Below the pieces are notes generated by a model. It made no database searches. It saw only the letters and a list, made by a program, of their open reading frames with translations, and had not been told where the DNA came from. From Eledone cirrhosa (lineage: Eukaryota): a stretch of DNA of 64,000 bases. Made by a program: the position numbers and the translations under genes. Below are positions 13,722 through 27,900 of this stretch, one piece after another; within the stretch, counting starts at the first letter, position 1; each line of letters opens with the position of its first letter. The stretch lies in contig OZ024744.1 in assembly GCA_964016885.1 (NCBI GenBank), forward strand, positions 70,308,001 to 70,372,000. Direction: 5' to 3'.

Positions 13722-14607
13722 CGAGGTGTGTCAGAAAAGTTCCAGGACTGATGTCACAAAATATTTATTTCAAACCCAAACTTCACACTAAGAGTTTTCT
13801 CCTTCAAAGTAATCCTCCTCGAGTCTAATGCACTTACCCATCCTTTTCTGCCACGCTTGCATGCATTCCTGGAATGATTCTTCCGGGATCCTCCGCAGTT
13901 CCGTCGTCACGGCCTTTTTGATGTCGTCCACGTCTTCAAAACGGGTCCCCTCCGGGTCGTACTCGAAGATCCATGACTCATCACCGATGATGACTGTCCC
14001 TAGCAAGTCTGGTTCGGTTTCAAGACGCTCGAGGATGTCCTCGCACACTTGCATGCGTTGACCCTTCTGGTCATCGTTCAGTAGTTTGGGCCCCTTCTTC
14101 GCGCAGACTTTCCGCATGTCCAAATCTTCAGTGAGAATCTTCCAGACGCTGTCCCGATTCATGCCCAGCTCATTTGCCATCAGTCGAACAGTCAGCTGAC
14201 GATCGCTACGCACCATCTTCCTGACGTGCTCAACGTTGAACTCAGTCCTGGTTGTTGAGGGCCTTCCGTTCTTGGGGTCATCTTGCACCACTCAAAAACA
14301 CGTGAGCGTGATATCGTCTCATCTCCATACACTTGCTGCAGCAATCCCAGTGCTTCTGACGGAGTTTTCCCCAACAGTACCAGAAACTTCAAGTTTGTTC
14401 GTTGCTCTGTGCTCATTGCTTGACGACCTGAAATGGAGGACATGTATATACAATTATGAAGAAAAAAGTTTGATCGCTGCAGAGAACTAAGATTACAGTT
14501 ACATACTCCAGGGGGATTACTTTGAAGGAGAAAACTCTTAGTGTGAAGTTTGGGTTTGAAATAAATCTTTTGTGACATCAGTCCTGGAACTTTTCTGACA
14601 CACCTCG
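13722..14607 (-). mobile_element. Internally deleted mariner (Tc1/mariner) transposon with ~100-bp TIRs
   Basis: TA-CGAGGTGTGTCAGAAAAGTTCCAGGACTG... and its reverse complement at 14505-14607; TA site on the left. Confidence 0.92.
13788..14416 (-). pseudogene. Mariner transposase pseudogene (frameshift and catalytic-core deletion)
   Basis: MSTEQRTNLKFLV HTH start; GRPS; GDESWIFEYDPE joined directly to GTRFEDVDDIK..YFEG; the 2nd/3rd Asp and YSPDL motif are missing. Confidence 0.9.
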
Positions 14608-14683
14608 AATGTGTATACACACATTCACATACATACACACACGCACACAGACACAGACTGACACATACACATACCCCCCCCCC

Positions 14684-14719
<36 letters not shown>

Positions 14720-14998
14720 AAGAGAGATAGAGAGATAGAGAGAGACATACAACAGGTTTAGACGATATATACAGGATATATCATTTGAGAAACTTCTAGT
14801 ATCTTCCACATATATATATACAGAACAAATACTATGTAAATAAATATACATATTTGAAGATGGTATAATGGCCTAGAGTTCCGTGGACAGACCTGTTTCT
14901 ATAAATCAAAGAAGGAAGCAAAACATCGATCACTAATTATCAATTTTGGTAATAAATACCCTAAAACCTTGATTTCCATCACCAGTAAGGTTCGGTCT

Positions 14999-15053
<55 letters not shown>

Positions 15054-15070
15054 TAAACTGCACAAAAATA

Positions 15071-15420
15071 CTAGTCATCTAGACAGGGAAGAATTTTTGT
15101 AAAGGTTCTCAATACCTTCTGCAAAGAGTGAAGTATACCCCAAGACTGGGCAATCCTGCCATCTATATCACAGCTAGAGTCAGTGTAGACACCCAGATAC
15201 TTGAAATCACCCACCAGTTCGATGTCTGAGCCAACTGATGCGTGCAGGTGCTCATTTGTGGATGAATGCATGTACTTCGTCTTTGGAGCATTCCGAAACA
15301 GAGCTACGTCCTGACACGCTTTCTCACCTGTTATGAGACGATCCTGTTCAGATTTGATTGCATTTTCGAGAAGCCCGACGTCGTCAGCGTAGTCAAGACC
15401 AGCTATCACTCCGGGTGACG
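15071..15420 (-). pseudogene. Non-LTR (RTE-like) reverse transcriptase fragment
   Basis: LDYADDVGLL, KTKYM, FKYLG, DIDGRIA motifs. Confidence 0.8.
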
Positions 15421-15513
15421 GTAACTACGACGTGCTTCTTCTCAAAATAATATTTTCCCTTTCTTCCTCTTCTCACTCTCTCACTTTCTATTTTATTTTT
15501 TATTTCTATTCTA

Positions 15514-15549
15514 TCTTCTGATGAAAGACTAATGTACGAAGCGTAAAGA
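15514..15549 (+). ncRNA. Degenerate hammerhead, family H1
   Basis: TCTT-CTGATGA-AAGACTAATGTAC-GAAG-CGTA-AAGA. Confidence 0.5.
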
Positions 15550-15941
15550 CTCTTTTCCTACTATATCAAGCGTTAAACTATATATTTCTTCATTGCATTG
15601 TGTTGTTTGCTTTTTTTTTTTTTTTTTTTCGTTTACTTTTTGCATACTACATTAGGTGTTCGGATAAAAATATAAAAATGGTAAGGGAATAAAAGAATGA
15701 CAAAACAAGATAAAAGAATATTTTTATCCAACGCATTTCATGATATTTCAAGGTAAAGAAAGACCTGATGAACCTGGAAAAACGAAACATTCTGCTCTCA
15801 CGATCTTTCCTTGTGTTTTTCTGCAGTCTTTACCTTCAAAATATATTGGGCAAAAACATTATTATATGTTTTGTCATTCATTTACACTGGTACCACCTGT
15901 ATATATGTATCACCAATTACCAGCTTCCCGGACACACTATT

Positions 15942-16101
<160 letters not shown>

Positions 16102-16165
16102 AATATATATATATATATATATTAAAATATAAATATTAATAAAATAGATGTTCTTTGATCAATTA

Positions 16166-16220
16166 CATTTTATTATACATATTTCGGATGTACAACAGTA
16201 CGTCCTCATCAGACAAAATA
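16166..16220 (-). ncRNA. Hammerhead ribozyme (type I), family H4
   Basis: TATTTTGT-CTGATGA-GGACGTAC-TGTT-GTACATCC-GAAA-TATGTA-TA-ATAAAATG. Confidence 0.75.
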
Positions 16221-16305
16221 TAATGATACATGACATACCCTGAGATGTTAAATGGTTAAGATTTAACATCTCAGGGTATGTCATGTATCATTATATTTTG
16301 TCTGA

Positions 16306-16414
16306 GTTCAAATCCCGCCGAGGTTAACTTTGCCTTTCATCCATACGGGGTCGATAAAATAAAATACCAGTAATGTACTGGGTAATTGCTGGCCTTGTGC
16401 CAAAAGTAGAAACA
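16306..16414 (+). mobile_element. Truncated SINE S1 with 16-bp TSD
   Basis: ATTATATTTTGTCTGA at 16290-16305 and 16415-16430. Confidence 0.88.
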
Positions 16415-16418
16415 ATTA

Positions 16419-16473
16419 TATTTTGTCTGATGAGGACGTACTGTTGTACATCTGAAATATGTATAATAAAATG
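16419..16473 (+). ncRNA. Hammerhead ribozyme, inverted twin of 16166-16220
   Basis: CTGATGA-GGACGTACTGTTGTACATCT-GAAA-TATGTATA-ATAAAATG. Confidence 0.7.
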
Positions 16474-16608
16474 TAATTGATCAAAAGAACATCAATTTTA
16501 TTAATATTTATATTTTAATATTAATAACTCTGGAAAATATTTCCTGTACAGTGCTTCCAATCTACTGTAAAACTTATTCTTTGATGTACTCATTGAATCT
16601 TGTTTAAC

Positions 16609-16677
<69 letters not shown>

Positions 16678-17169
16678 AACCAAACATTGAGTGTGTTCTG
16701 CTATTAATTCTGGCAATATTATTACAACAATATGACCCTCCCCAACTATATATATAAAAGTTACGAGCGAAAGAGGGCAATATCCATCGTCAGTTGTCTG
16801 CTAGGAGTCATAGGTATTTCTTCGTGCCCAGACACACTATTACATGTGTATATATATATAACATAATTTTAGGTTTAATCAATACATATAGAATATGTAT
16901 AGATAATGTTTCTCGGTAAAAAGCTAAATAAACTTTTGTTTAAAGCATAGCTTTAAAGAATCAGGACCCCGACGGCTGAGCTCCGGCCGTTTCGAGAGCT
17001 AGATCCGAGCTCTAGCTATCGAAACGGCCGGAGCTAACTCTTTTACTATTTTCCACTTTACTATCCTAAGTATCGAGTACTCTTGTGTGTTATGGTCCAC
17101 CTGGTATCTTACCACACCCTCAGAAATAGCCGTCGAAATGGCTTGAACTCTGCTGTCGGGGTCATACAT

Positions 17170-17233
<64 letters not shown>

Positions 17234-17237
<4 letters not shown>

Positions 17238-17437
17238 ATAATAATAAATTAGAAGACTAAAATCCAAAGAGGGCTCGATAAGGATAAATATATATCAAAT
17301 ATATAAGAACCGTAGAGCAAATATTTATTAAAATAACAGATTAAAGTTTAAGCAAAGAATCTAGTTTCAGAAGATTCCGTTAAGGGTGAAAGCAGCGATT
17401 CTTTGCTTAAACTTTAATCTGTTCTTTTAATAAATAT
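17234..17437. mobile_element. Family H5 (TA)n-associated element with inverted end
   Basis: Copies at 885-952, 13321-13450, 17590-17650, 49745-49922, 62390-62450; junction motif CAGAAGA-TCCCGTTAAGGGT-GAAAGC is hammerhead-like. Confidence 0.6.
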
Positions 17438-17444
17438 ATATATA

Positions 17445-17496
<52 letters not shown>

Positions 17497-17688
17497 GCAT
17501 GTCACAATGCTTCATGTAAACTGTGCCCTTAGATATATGTATGCGTGTGTGTGTTGTTTGTTTAAGTATATATATATATATATGATTTTATTATAATTAC
17601 AGATTAAAGATTAAGCAAAGAATCGGTGCTTTCACCCTTAACGGGATCTTCTATATATTACTATATATATATATACACACACACACAT

Positions 17689-17733
<45 letters not shown>

Positions 17734-17775
17734 CATACATACATACATACATACATACATACATACATACATACA

Positions 17776-17808
<33 letters not shown>

Positions 17809-17891
17809 TTGTAAATATACATTCAGTAGCTAATACACAAATGATTGAATTCACAGATGAAATCATCACAACAGCTAATATTATTTTATTT

Positions 17892-18070
17892 GGATTGGCA
17901 GTATCGGTGGAGGGTCGGACGCCATGCTTTCCAGCATAGTTACGTCCCTTTACAATCTGAGTTCAAATCCCGCCGAGGTTGACTTTGCCTTTCATCCTTA
18001 CGGGGTCGATAAAATAAAGTACTAGTAATGAACTGGGTAATTGCTGGCCTTGTGCCTAATGTAGAAACAA
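17892..18070 (+). mobile_element. SINE S1 with TSD ATTATTTTATTT
   Basis: A/B boxes, core and tail; duplicated flank. Confidence 0.85.
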
Positions 18071-18235
18071 TTATTTTATTTTTGAAACCTTGTATAGTAA
18101 TATTAATAAGTTAATCTAATCCTAATGTTGAGTATTGAATTTTCTTTCTACTTTTCATATGTAAAAATATGGAACCACTAAAATTGAAAGAGAAAGTAAG
18201 AGGAGTTGAATTTACAAAATTTGACAAAATGCGTA

Positions 18236-18290
<55 letters not shown>

Positions 18291-18357
18291 TTGGTTGTAT
18301 GAAAGGGAGAATGTGATTAGCTTTATTTCAATATATACAATATATAAATGACTGTAA

Positions 18358-18540
18358 TATTGTTTCTACATTTGGCACAAGGCCAGCAATTACCCAGTAC
18401 ATTACTGGTACTTTATTTTATCGACCCCGTAAGGATGAAAGGCAAAGTTAACCTCGGCGGGATTTGAACTCAGACTGTAAAGGGACGTAACTATGCTAGA
18501 AAGCATGGCGTCCAACCCTCTACCGATACTACCAATTCAC
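18358..18540 (-). mobile_element. SINE S1
   Basis: Reverse complement of the consensus seen at 17892. Confidence 0.85.
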
Positions 18541-19061
18541 TGAGAATCAATAGTTATTGGAATCTATATATTTATAACCGAAAATTCAACCTCGATTGTT
18601 TCATATTTAAAATTGATTGTAATTTATTGTCTAAAATTTTACATGTTGCGAATGTATCAAGAATATCCTTCCATTCACAGTGAAAATAATACAAAATTGA
18701 TTTTACCATATTCCAAGTAACGTTTTAGAAAAGTATGTGTATCTTATTTAATATGAAAAGAAATAAATACTTCAAGAAATATTTACAATCTTAAAAAAAA
18801 AACAATTTCTTTCTGAGAAATTTCAAGCACATTTTTGTTATTATTATTATATTTCAATATTTTTTTAATATATATTTTATATTTTTACATATTTTACATA
18901 TTTTCATAGTTGTTGTTTTTTTCTTGTTTTTTTTTTATTGTGCATTTTTACTCGATTTTATTGTAAATCTCGACTGTCCCTGTCTTTGAATTGTCCTCTA
19001 TATGTCGGCCCGTGTGGATAAAATAAATGAAACCATTATTATATTTCAATATTTTCAATGA

Positions 19062-19279
19062 GGGCGGTGAATTAGCAGTATCGGTAGGTCATCGGACACC
19101 CTGTTTCATCGCATAGGGCTACGTCCTTTACGTCTGAGTTCAAATCCTGCCGAGGTCAGCTTTGCTTTTCATCATCACGAGGTCGATAAAATAAAGTACC
19201 AGTAATGCACTAGAGTCTATTTAATCTACTTTCACCTCCACCCAAAATTGCTGGCCTTGTGCCTAAATCAGAAACCAAT
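19062..19279 (+). mobile_element. SINE S1, older/longer subfamily
   Basis: GGCGGTGAATTAGCAGTATCGG, GAGTTCAAATCC, with ~30 extra bp before the tail. Confidence 0.8.
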
Positions 19280-19940
19280 ATTAGTATAGTTCAATGAAAT
19301 CTTGCTTGTCTTAATCGAAAATGCAGCCGAACATTATTTATTTATTAATTTATTAGTCTCAGTAATTAGACTCATTAATTAGACTGTGGCTATGCTGGTT
19401 CACTACTTTGATTGTAGTCGATTTTTTTTTTAATTCCTGTATTTTTTTTTTTTTTTTCAAGTCTACGACGTATTTTATCGATCTCTTTTATTCGAACCGT
19501 CATGTGGCTGCTATTTCTAGACGGTGGAATCGGTCTTTATGTTGCCGCCTGTCTAAAGGCATTCGTTGTGATGTGTTGTGCATGTGCGTGTGTGTGCACA
19601 GGCATATATATATATATACGTGTGTGTGTGCGTGTGTGTGCACATTCAGTGTGTGTGTGTGTGTGTGTGTGTGTGTACATGCAGTGTGTATGTATGTATT
19701 TGTCGGTAATGGCTGCCAGTTATGCCGGCTTCTTTATTGATATATATAATGAAAATACAACTTCCCAATTGAAAGAGATGAAACGCATAACATTATTTTA
19801 GTAAAAAATATTTTACTCAAATATGCACGTGTTTAAAAACACACAAATCAAAACATCTTTTAATGTCCAGTGGCTTTTTACAGCTAGAACGAAGTCATAT
19901 ATATATATAAATACAAATAAGTGAATTTTAGTATTATATG

Positions 19941-20000
<60 letters not shown>

Positions 20001-20041
20001 CCACACTCATAAATATGTATGTAGATATGTATATATATGTG

Positions 20042-20081
<40 letters not shown>

Positions 20082-20095
20082 TACATACAACCTGC

Positions 20096-20126
<31 letters not shown>

Positions 20127-20144
20127 TATGTATATATACATATA

Positions 20145-20213
<69 letters not shown>

Positions 20214-20268
20214 ATGCATATACACACTCACACACACATATATACAAATACGTGCATAAGTAATTATG

Positions 20269-20306
<38 letters not shown>

Positions 20307-20560
20307 AATATACATATGCATGCACACACACACACACACACAGGCACACACAAATACACACATAGATATAACTTTTTGTTTATTCTGGTGTAGAAAAACA
20401 TGCATATTTATTTCCCCCAATGCATCAACATCGAAACATCCCTGTTACAAGTGTTTTAAGTGTCATATATCTGCTTATTTACGTGTAAGAGCGGTTGAGC
20501 GAAACCATGGGTTGGGGTGTGGTGATGTCAGCATTGTTTACTCTTCACATAAATAAATTA

Positions 20561-20596
<36 letters not shown>

Positions 20597-20639
20597 TTAT
20601 TTATTTATATATACGTACATACGCATTTATACGCATAGA

Positions 20640-20701
<62 letters not shown>

Positions 20702-20835
20702 TATACAAACAATCAAACATACGTACATACATATATATATATATATACATACATACATATATACATAATACATACATACATGCATACGTATATATATAGA
20801 GATAGATAAATAGATACGTACATACATATATAGAT

Positions 20836-20917
<82 letters not shown>

Positions 20918-21277
20918 GTAGATAGATAGGTAGATAGATAGGTAGATAGGTATACGTACCTCTTTCCCTCTAGCTCTCTCTCTCTCTCTCGACCTCTTTC
21001 ACTCTCTATATATTTCCCCCCTTTCTATCGTGAGAGAGAGAGTGTGTGTGTGTGTGTGTGTGTTACGTGTGCATGAGTGTGTGTGTGTGTGTGTTACGTG
21101 TGCATGAGTGTGTGCGTGTGCGTGCGCGTGTGTGTGTGCGCGCTTATTTGTGCGTAACATTCGCAATTCAACGTCAAACTTAATAGGCAAGACTTGTCAA
21201 ACAAATCTTTGAAGTTGAAACCAGATCGTTACAAACCATCAAGCCTCCATGCCAACAAATCGACGCTGAAGTTCACA

Positions 21278-21400
<123 letters not shown>

Positions 21401-21411
21401 GCGCACACACA

Positions 21412-21479
<68 letters not shown>

Positions 21480-22214
21480 AAGCGAGACATCCCACCACAC
21501 ACACACGCAGACCCCCCACACACACATATATATCTCTCTATATATACATACATTTATAAATGCATGCACTCACATACATACGTACGTACATACATACATA
21601 CATACATACATACATACATACATACATACTTACATACATGCATGCATGCATGCATGCATACATGCATAAATACATACATACATGCATTCATGTATACACA
21701 CATACATACACAGATACATATATACACAGATACATATATACACATACATACACACATACATACACACATACATACACACATACATACCTAAATACATACA
21801 TACATGTATCCATACATAAATACATACGTGCGTTCATGCATGCATACATACATACATACATGCATACATGCATGTATGCATACATACATGCACACATACA
21901 TACATGCATACATGCATGCATACATGTAAACATACATAAATACATACATATATACATAAACGCATGCATTCATTCATACATAAATACATACATACATACA
22001 TGCATACATACATTATTTTCCCTGGTTATACGACATAATGGAGGCACCCTTATTTAAAAAGATAAATGTTTAGGGAACAAACTAATAATAATATTAGAGA
22101 TAATTTTATTGAAGAAAACGTCAGGTTGATGTTTTAAAATGTGCAGTGTTCCGGATAATACCCTGTCGAGGGAAGGTGGGTAGATGAATGCTGTAAGCTA
22201 GTCGGATCTACATT

Positions 22215-23120
22215 ACTTGTAATTTAAAGGGGCCAGCCTTGTCACACACTGAGTCTAGCTGAACCTTCTTTTTCGCCCACTCATTCCTGAGAGGGTCGTG
22301 GGGGGCAGAGTCCTCAAAAACAACTTCCAGTGGGTCCTGTCGGAAGCAACCGTCTTCAAATCATCCGGCTGGATCCCCAAGCGTCACCAGCCGAGCTCAT
22401 GAATGTTATCCAACCACCTTGCTCTTTCTCGGGATCTACCCCTGGGTCTCCTACCTGTTGGGTTTTACCAGTAAAATCTGTCCACCGATTCTTTCCTGAG
22501 ACATTCTGACCACGTGCCCATAGTATCGGAGCTGTGATCTCTCACTTCGGCGAAGTAGCGGCTCTACCGTGAGTGACTCCAGGATCTCCGAGCTACGCAC
22601 TTTATCGAGTAACGTATCTCGGAAATCAGAGGTCTCCACAAAAAAAATTATGTTAAAGCTACACGTGTCTGTGAAATTCTCAACCACTTACACTGTAATA
22701 CCAGATGGACTGTACCTGTAATTTAAAGGGGGCCAACCTTGTCACATACTGTGTCATGCTGAACCTCCATAAGAATTATGTTAAAGCTACACGTGTCTGT
22801 GAATTTCTCAACCACCTACACTGTAATCCAGATGGAGTGTACCTATAATTTAAAGCGACAAGCCTCGTCACATAGTGAGTCATACATACATACATACATA
22901 CATACATACATACATACATACATACATACATACATACATTAGAATTATTTTTAGGTTACACGTGTCTGTGAAATTCTCAACCACATCACAGTAATACAAG
23001 ATAGACTGTACCTGTAATTTTAAAGGGACTGCCCTTGCCACAGACTGAGTCATGCTGAACCTCCATAATAGTTATGTTAAAGCTACACGTGTCTTTGAAC
23101 TTCTCAGCCACTTAGACGTA
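22215..23120 (+). repeat. Tandemly repeated ~116-bp SINE-like segment (4 copies), interrupted by an RTE fragment and (CATA)n
   Basis: Recurring GTACCTGTAATTTAAAGGG..CCTTGTCACA and TTATGTTAAAGCTACACGTGTCTGTGAA. Confidence 0.7.
22265..22625 (-). mobile_element. RTE-clade LINE 3' fragment
   Basis: DKVRSSEILESLTVEPLLRRSERSQLRYYGHVVRM. Confidence 0.8.
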
Positions 23121-23770
23121 AATTTATATGCAGAGTGTTCTGTTTACGAAATGGAATATTCGTCGAAACCTAGAAAGGTTAATTTCATTGTTTCAAAAAC
23201 AAAAGAGCTCAACAAGATATTTTGTTCATGGTTGAACTGTAATTACTATATATTTATAAATACTTTCACACATGTCTATTATCTATAATTGATTTGTTGA
23301 TTTTTTTTCAAATTAAGCTGAAATGTAAATAAATAAATATGGCGTTATTTTTTTTTACGAAAAATATTTGTTTTTATCTTAGGCACAAGGTCAGTAATTT
23401 CAAGGAAAGTGGAAAGACGATTAAATCAACCCCAGTGCGTTACTGGTACTTTATTTTATAGACCCCATAAGGATAAAAGACAAAGCTATCCTAGGCGGGA
23501 TTTGAACTAAGATCATATATTGATACTGATATCAATTAGATATTTAAATTCATTAAACTATGTTTATTTAAATATTTAGCTATACTTATACATGGCTGAT
23601 GCATATTAAAAATAAAGAAATCATTATTAAAAATGTATATGAATAAATCCTTATTTTTATATATCATCATCATCATCATCATCATCATTATACTCACACT
23701 TTTTTTAGTTTAGTATAGTATTTTAACATCAAATTTTCGTGTAAATGTGTGAATTATACACCTATATATA

Positions 23771-23807
<37 letters not shown>

Positions 23808-23889
23808 AAAGTCAACAAGGAAAAACAAAACGGGAGAACAATACTGTACAATATGTAACAGGTTTTCCCTTGATATAGTAAATAAAGAA

Positions 23890-23930
23890 TCTTAACGTTC
23901 GGACGTTAGTGCTTCATCGGAATGAGAGAT
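23890..23930 (-). ncRNA. Degenerate hammerhead, family H1
   Basis: CCGATGA-AGCACTAACGTCC-GAA-CGTTAAGA with H1 flanks. Confidence 0.4.
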
Positions 23931-24633
23931 AAAAGAAGAAACAGAAAGAGAGACAAGATTAAAAAAGTGGAAGACTCAGAAGAAAATTGCTTTATTGTAG
24001 TGTATTTAGTTAGCCATTTTGGAAGAATTACACACATACACATATATGTATGTAAGTATATATATATATATGTGTGTGTGTTGGATTGCAATTAATGTAA
24101 GTGTAAACCATGTCCAGCACTCAATTCGACACTTTGATTCCAAGATGAAGCAGTCGACTCTAGGGACGAATTCTCATTATTTTGTTTATGTAGGAATAGA
24201 AAGAGAGTAAATTTCTGCCTGGTAGTAAGAATGATCACAGAGTATAAATACCAAAAGAGAGGTTGATTTAGCATGTTTATTTCGATACACATGTTTTGCC
24301 AGTGATCAGGCTCAAAACCATTCTCAATTATATATTACCAGCAGAAAAACCACCATCCGGGTGGTTTTCTGTAGCATGTGTAGTGGACATATTGATATCA
24401 TACGCAGATATATATGCATGTAGATATAATACGTCAAATAAAATCGTAATTGAGAATATGCACAGAAATTGAAGAGAGACTGTGTTACTCTCTCTTCTGT
24501 AATCAGTAAAGTTATCCATGATACATTTAATAAAGACAATATTATAATAAACTGCATTACGAAGAAATTTTATGAAAACGAAAAAGGAGAAAATTAGCGA
24601 CGGAAATATAAACGTTATGATATAACGATGCAA

Positions 24634-24681
24634 CCAGTAATGCACTGGGTAATTGCTGGCCTTGTGCCTAAAGTAGAAACA
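24634..24681 (+). mobile_element. 48-bp SINE S1 tail with 20-bp TSD
   Basis: GTTATGATATAACGATGCAA at 24614-24633 and 24682-24701. Confidence 0.85.
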
Positions 24682-24977
24682 GTTATGATATAACGATGCA
24701 AATATATGAACGTTTATATAAGTGATACAATATAGCGTCCGTTATATCATAACCGGAAGTATTGACATTTGAAAATTTGAAAAGAAGTGAATCTTGAAAT
24801 AACAATCATTATATATAAAATTATTTATATTTAATCAACAGCTACGAAATTTAGTAGATAAATTATGTAATATTCATTCATTGTTTATCCAAAGTAATCC
24901 AACAAACGCGGTGAAAAAATATATTCAGGACACAATCCCGCACTCCTTTCTTTATTATATTATGATTATATAATGAC

Positions 24978-25510
24978 ATGGCTCATGGATTGGCTGTATC
25001 TGTAGAGGGTCGGACGCCATGCTTTGAGGCATAGAGCGTCGGACAAAATGCTTGGCAGCATAGAGTTGCAGCCCTTTACGTTCTGAGTTCAAATCCCGCC
25101 GAGGTTAGCTTTGACTTTCATCCTTACGGGGTCGATAAAATAAAGTACCAGTAACGTACTGGGGTCGATTTAATCGACTCCCCCCCCCCAAAAAAAAATT
25201 ACTGGCCTTGTGCCTATACTAGAAATCATTATATAATGGCATGGCTCATAGATTGGCAGTATCGGTGGAGCATCGGACGCGATGCTTTGAGGCATAGAGC
25301 ATCGGACAAAATGCCTGGCAGTATAAAGTTGCAGCCCTTTACGTTCTGAGTTCAAATCCCGCCGAGGTTATCTTTGACTTTCATCCTTACCGCGTCGATA
25401 AACTAAAGTACCAGTAACACACTTGGTTCGATTTAATCAATTTGCCCCCCCCCCCCCCCTCCAATTTCCCCCTTCAAATTGCTGGCCTTGTGCCTAAAGT
25501 AGAAACAGTT
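24978..25510 (+). mobile_element. Two tandem SINE S1 copies with duplicated 5' head segment
   Basis: Each copy has AGAG..TCGGAC twice before the B-box. Confidence 0.8.
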
Positions 25511-25790
25511 ATTTAATGGCATGGTCCCTCTAACGAATTAAAACATCGACTGCAGGTGGTTTTTAACAGTCAATGTTTTAATTCATCTGAGAAGCCCCTG
25601 GTCTAAGGATTTAAACCCTGCCGTATCATAATGATATCTAATTTAGAATTATTTTGATCTATCCTGACCACTGGTGAAACACGTGCAACGAAATGAACAT
25701 ATGTTAAACGGATATCTCTTTCCTTTGGGATATATATATATATATGTATACATGTATGTATGTATGTATGTATGTATGTATGTATGTATG

Positions 25791-25821
<31 letters not shown>

Positions 25822-26289
25822 GCTTGTATGTATGTTGGTGGATACATACACTCACACACACATACACACATACATACATACATACATACATACATACATA
25901 CATACATACATACATACATACATACATACATACATACCTACATACATACATACATACATACATACATACATACATACGTACGTACATACATACATACATA
26001 CATACCTACATACATACATACATACATACATACATACATACATACATACATACATACATACATACATACATACATACATACATGATAATTGCTTCTTGTC
26101 AGATGATTGCTGTCTCATTATTCAAAGTTCAGTCAAACTCTATTCAAAGTGATGCGCCCATGTGCTCTGAGCTGCTTCTTAAAACCAGCTGGTGGCTTAC
26201 ATGACGTAGAACAAAACTGACATACAAAACTCAACACTTCTACAGGATTGATTTGGTGTTTCTGAGGAATGCCACTTCAAGGTTGGAAC

Positions 26290-26620
26290 TCATGCACTTT
26301 CCTGCACTAGACAGTGGAGACCTCTGATATCCTTGGCCTTAGGGCTAACCCCCTACTTACCACCATAGACGCTGAGCTGGCCAGCCACAGGTGTGAGCAT
26401 CGCGAGATGGAATGGCTCTTCCAACGCATCTCTTTTACCATACTCCGGGGAAACGCCTTCTCCATTCTGTCCGCCGGAGCCATGGGGCGGCCAGTACGTG
26501 GGACACTATTTGCTCATAATTCAGAGAGATGGGGAGGGCGAGAGATATGGAGGCGGTGACAGTGGGAGTTCGGCTCTTCTGTGTTCGGACCTGGTGTGCA
26601 GCGTTAGTTGTCCGTAGGGA
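26290..26620 (+). mobile_element. CRE-like RLE LINE 3' fragment
   Basis: LFQRISFTILRGNAFSIL resembles the CRE-clade C-terminal 'QRLS..QRGNA' motif. Confidence 0.6.
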
Positions 26621-26758
26621 GGTAGTGATTCATATGAATGCTTGTGTTGTGACTCCTAGTTCACTGATCCCACTAGACAAGTAGTATTTTGTTAATTTTG
26701 GAGATAAGTCACTGATTGTTTCTGTGAGTTTATATGCGATTTCTTTCATGAGATTAAT

Positions 26759-26943
26759 TGTTTCTACTTTAGGCACAAGGCCAGCAAATTACCCAGTGCA
26801 TTACTGGTACTTTATTTTATCGACCCCGTAAGGATGAAAGGCAAAGTCAACCTCGGCGGGATTTGAACTCAGATCATAAAGGGACGTAACTATGCTGGAA
26901 AGCATGGCGTCCGACCCTCTACCGATACTGCCAATCCACCACC
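26759..26943 (-). mobile_element. SINE S1 with 16-bp TSD
   Basis: CTTTCATGAGATTAAT at 26743-26758 and 26944-26959. Confidence 0.9.
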
Positions 26944-27559
26944 CTTTCATGAGATTAATATGGTTTGATTTAGGGAAAAATATATCCAGTTATCACACTT
27001 CCAGCTCTTCAAATTATCAGGCAGGTTTTGAATAGAGCTTTTTCGTAAAGCACGTTTCACCTCAGCATGCTTTGTCTGCCATTTCTCAAATATGTTGCTT
27101 CGCTTTTAAATTAAACTAGAATTTTTTTTCCATACGCTGACTCGTATGTCTATATGTGCGTACGTGTGTGTATGTGCATATATATACATTTATATGTATG
27201 AGTATATAAATATAAACGTGCAAACACAGACACTTACAAAAATACACACTCACAGACATACAATTACACAAACACACGTATACTTTCACATAAACACACA
27301 CACACTTACATTTACACAAACACACACATACACATACACTCACACACAGCGTTGCAAATGGAATGCCAGCCGTGATTTTTCCATAGTTTTTTCACCATCC
27401 CCTTCCTTCCTTTTACACACACATATATTCACGCAGGCAGCAGATGTAAAGAGAGAGGAGTAGTATGAGATAGTCAAACTACTCATCTCCCTTTACGTGT
27501 TGTGACAGAATCGCAGACATTTATATATAGATGCTTCTAATCATTCCGAGTTACCATCA

Positions 27560-27900
27560 GCTTTTCCAAGTCACTAGATTGTTGTGTTGTATTTTATGCA
27601 CTCCTTCTAGCAGCTTATTTTCCTGACACAATTTTCTGATCGCAGAAAAGAACCTGTTTTGGGGGTCTTTCATTGTAGATTGGCATAACATGCCCTGTCC
27701 AACACATTTGACTCGTGATGATCTGCAATTCAATGGTGAGGCGGTCAGCTCTTTGAAGTACCTCAGTTGATATTGAGTACGCGTCACAAACATTTTTTGG
27801 TGAAATCTCGATGTCTTGAACGAATATAAAAGCACTGTGAAGACACATCCCTTGTTCACACTGACCTTAGTTTAATTACCTTGGCGATGGCGCGATCTAA
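27560..27900 (-). mobile_element. Degenerate RTE/BovB-like fragment
   Basis: STEVLQRA..SQMCWTGHV..RPPKQVLF. Confidence 0.65.

Larger units (their letters stand above)
16121..16615. mobile_element. Fold-back PLE-like element (IR 16121-16519) with two hammerheads and a nested SINE
   Basis: Arms symmetric around 16255-16260; flanked by (TA)n; tail resembles 43680-43745. Confidence 0.8.

Noticed and set aside
15765-15795. CTGATGA..GAAAC
   Set aside because: Stem II does not pair convincingly; at best a decayed HHR
22215-23120. CRISPR-like regularly spaced repeats
   Set aside because: Eukaryotic context; whole units repeat with no unique spacers
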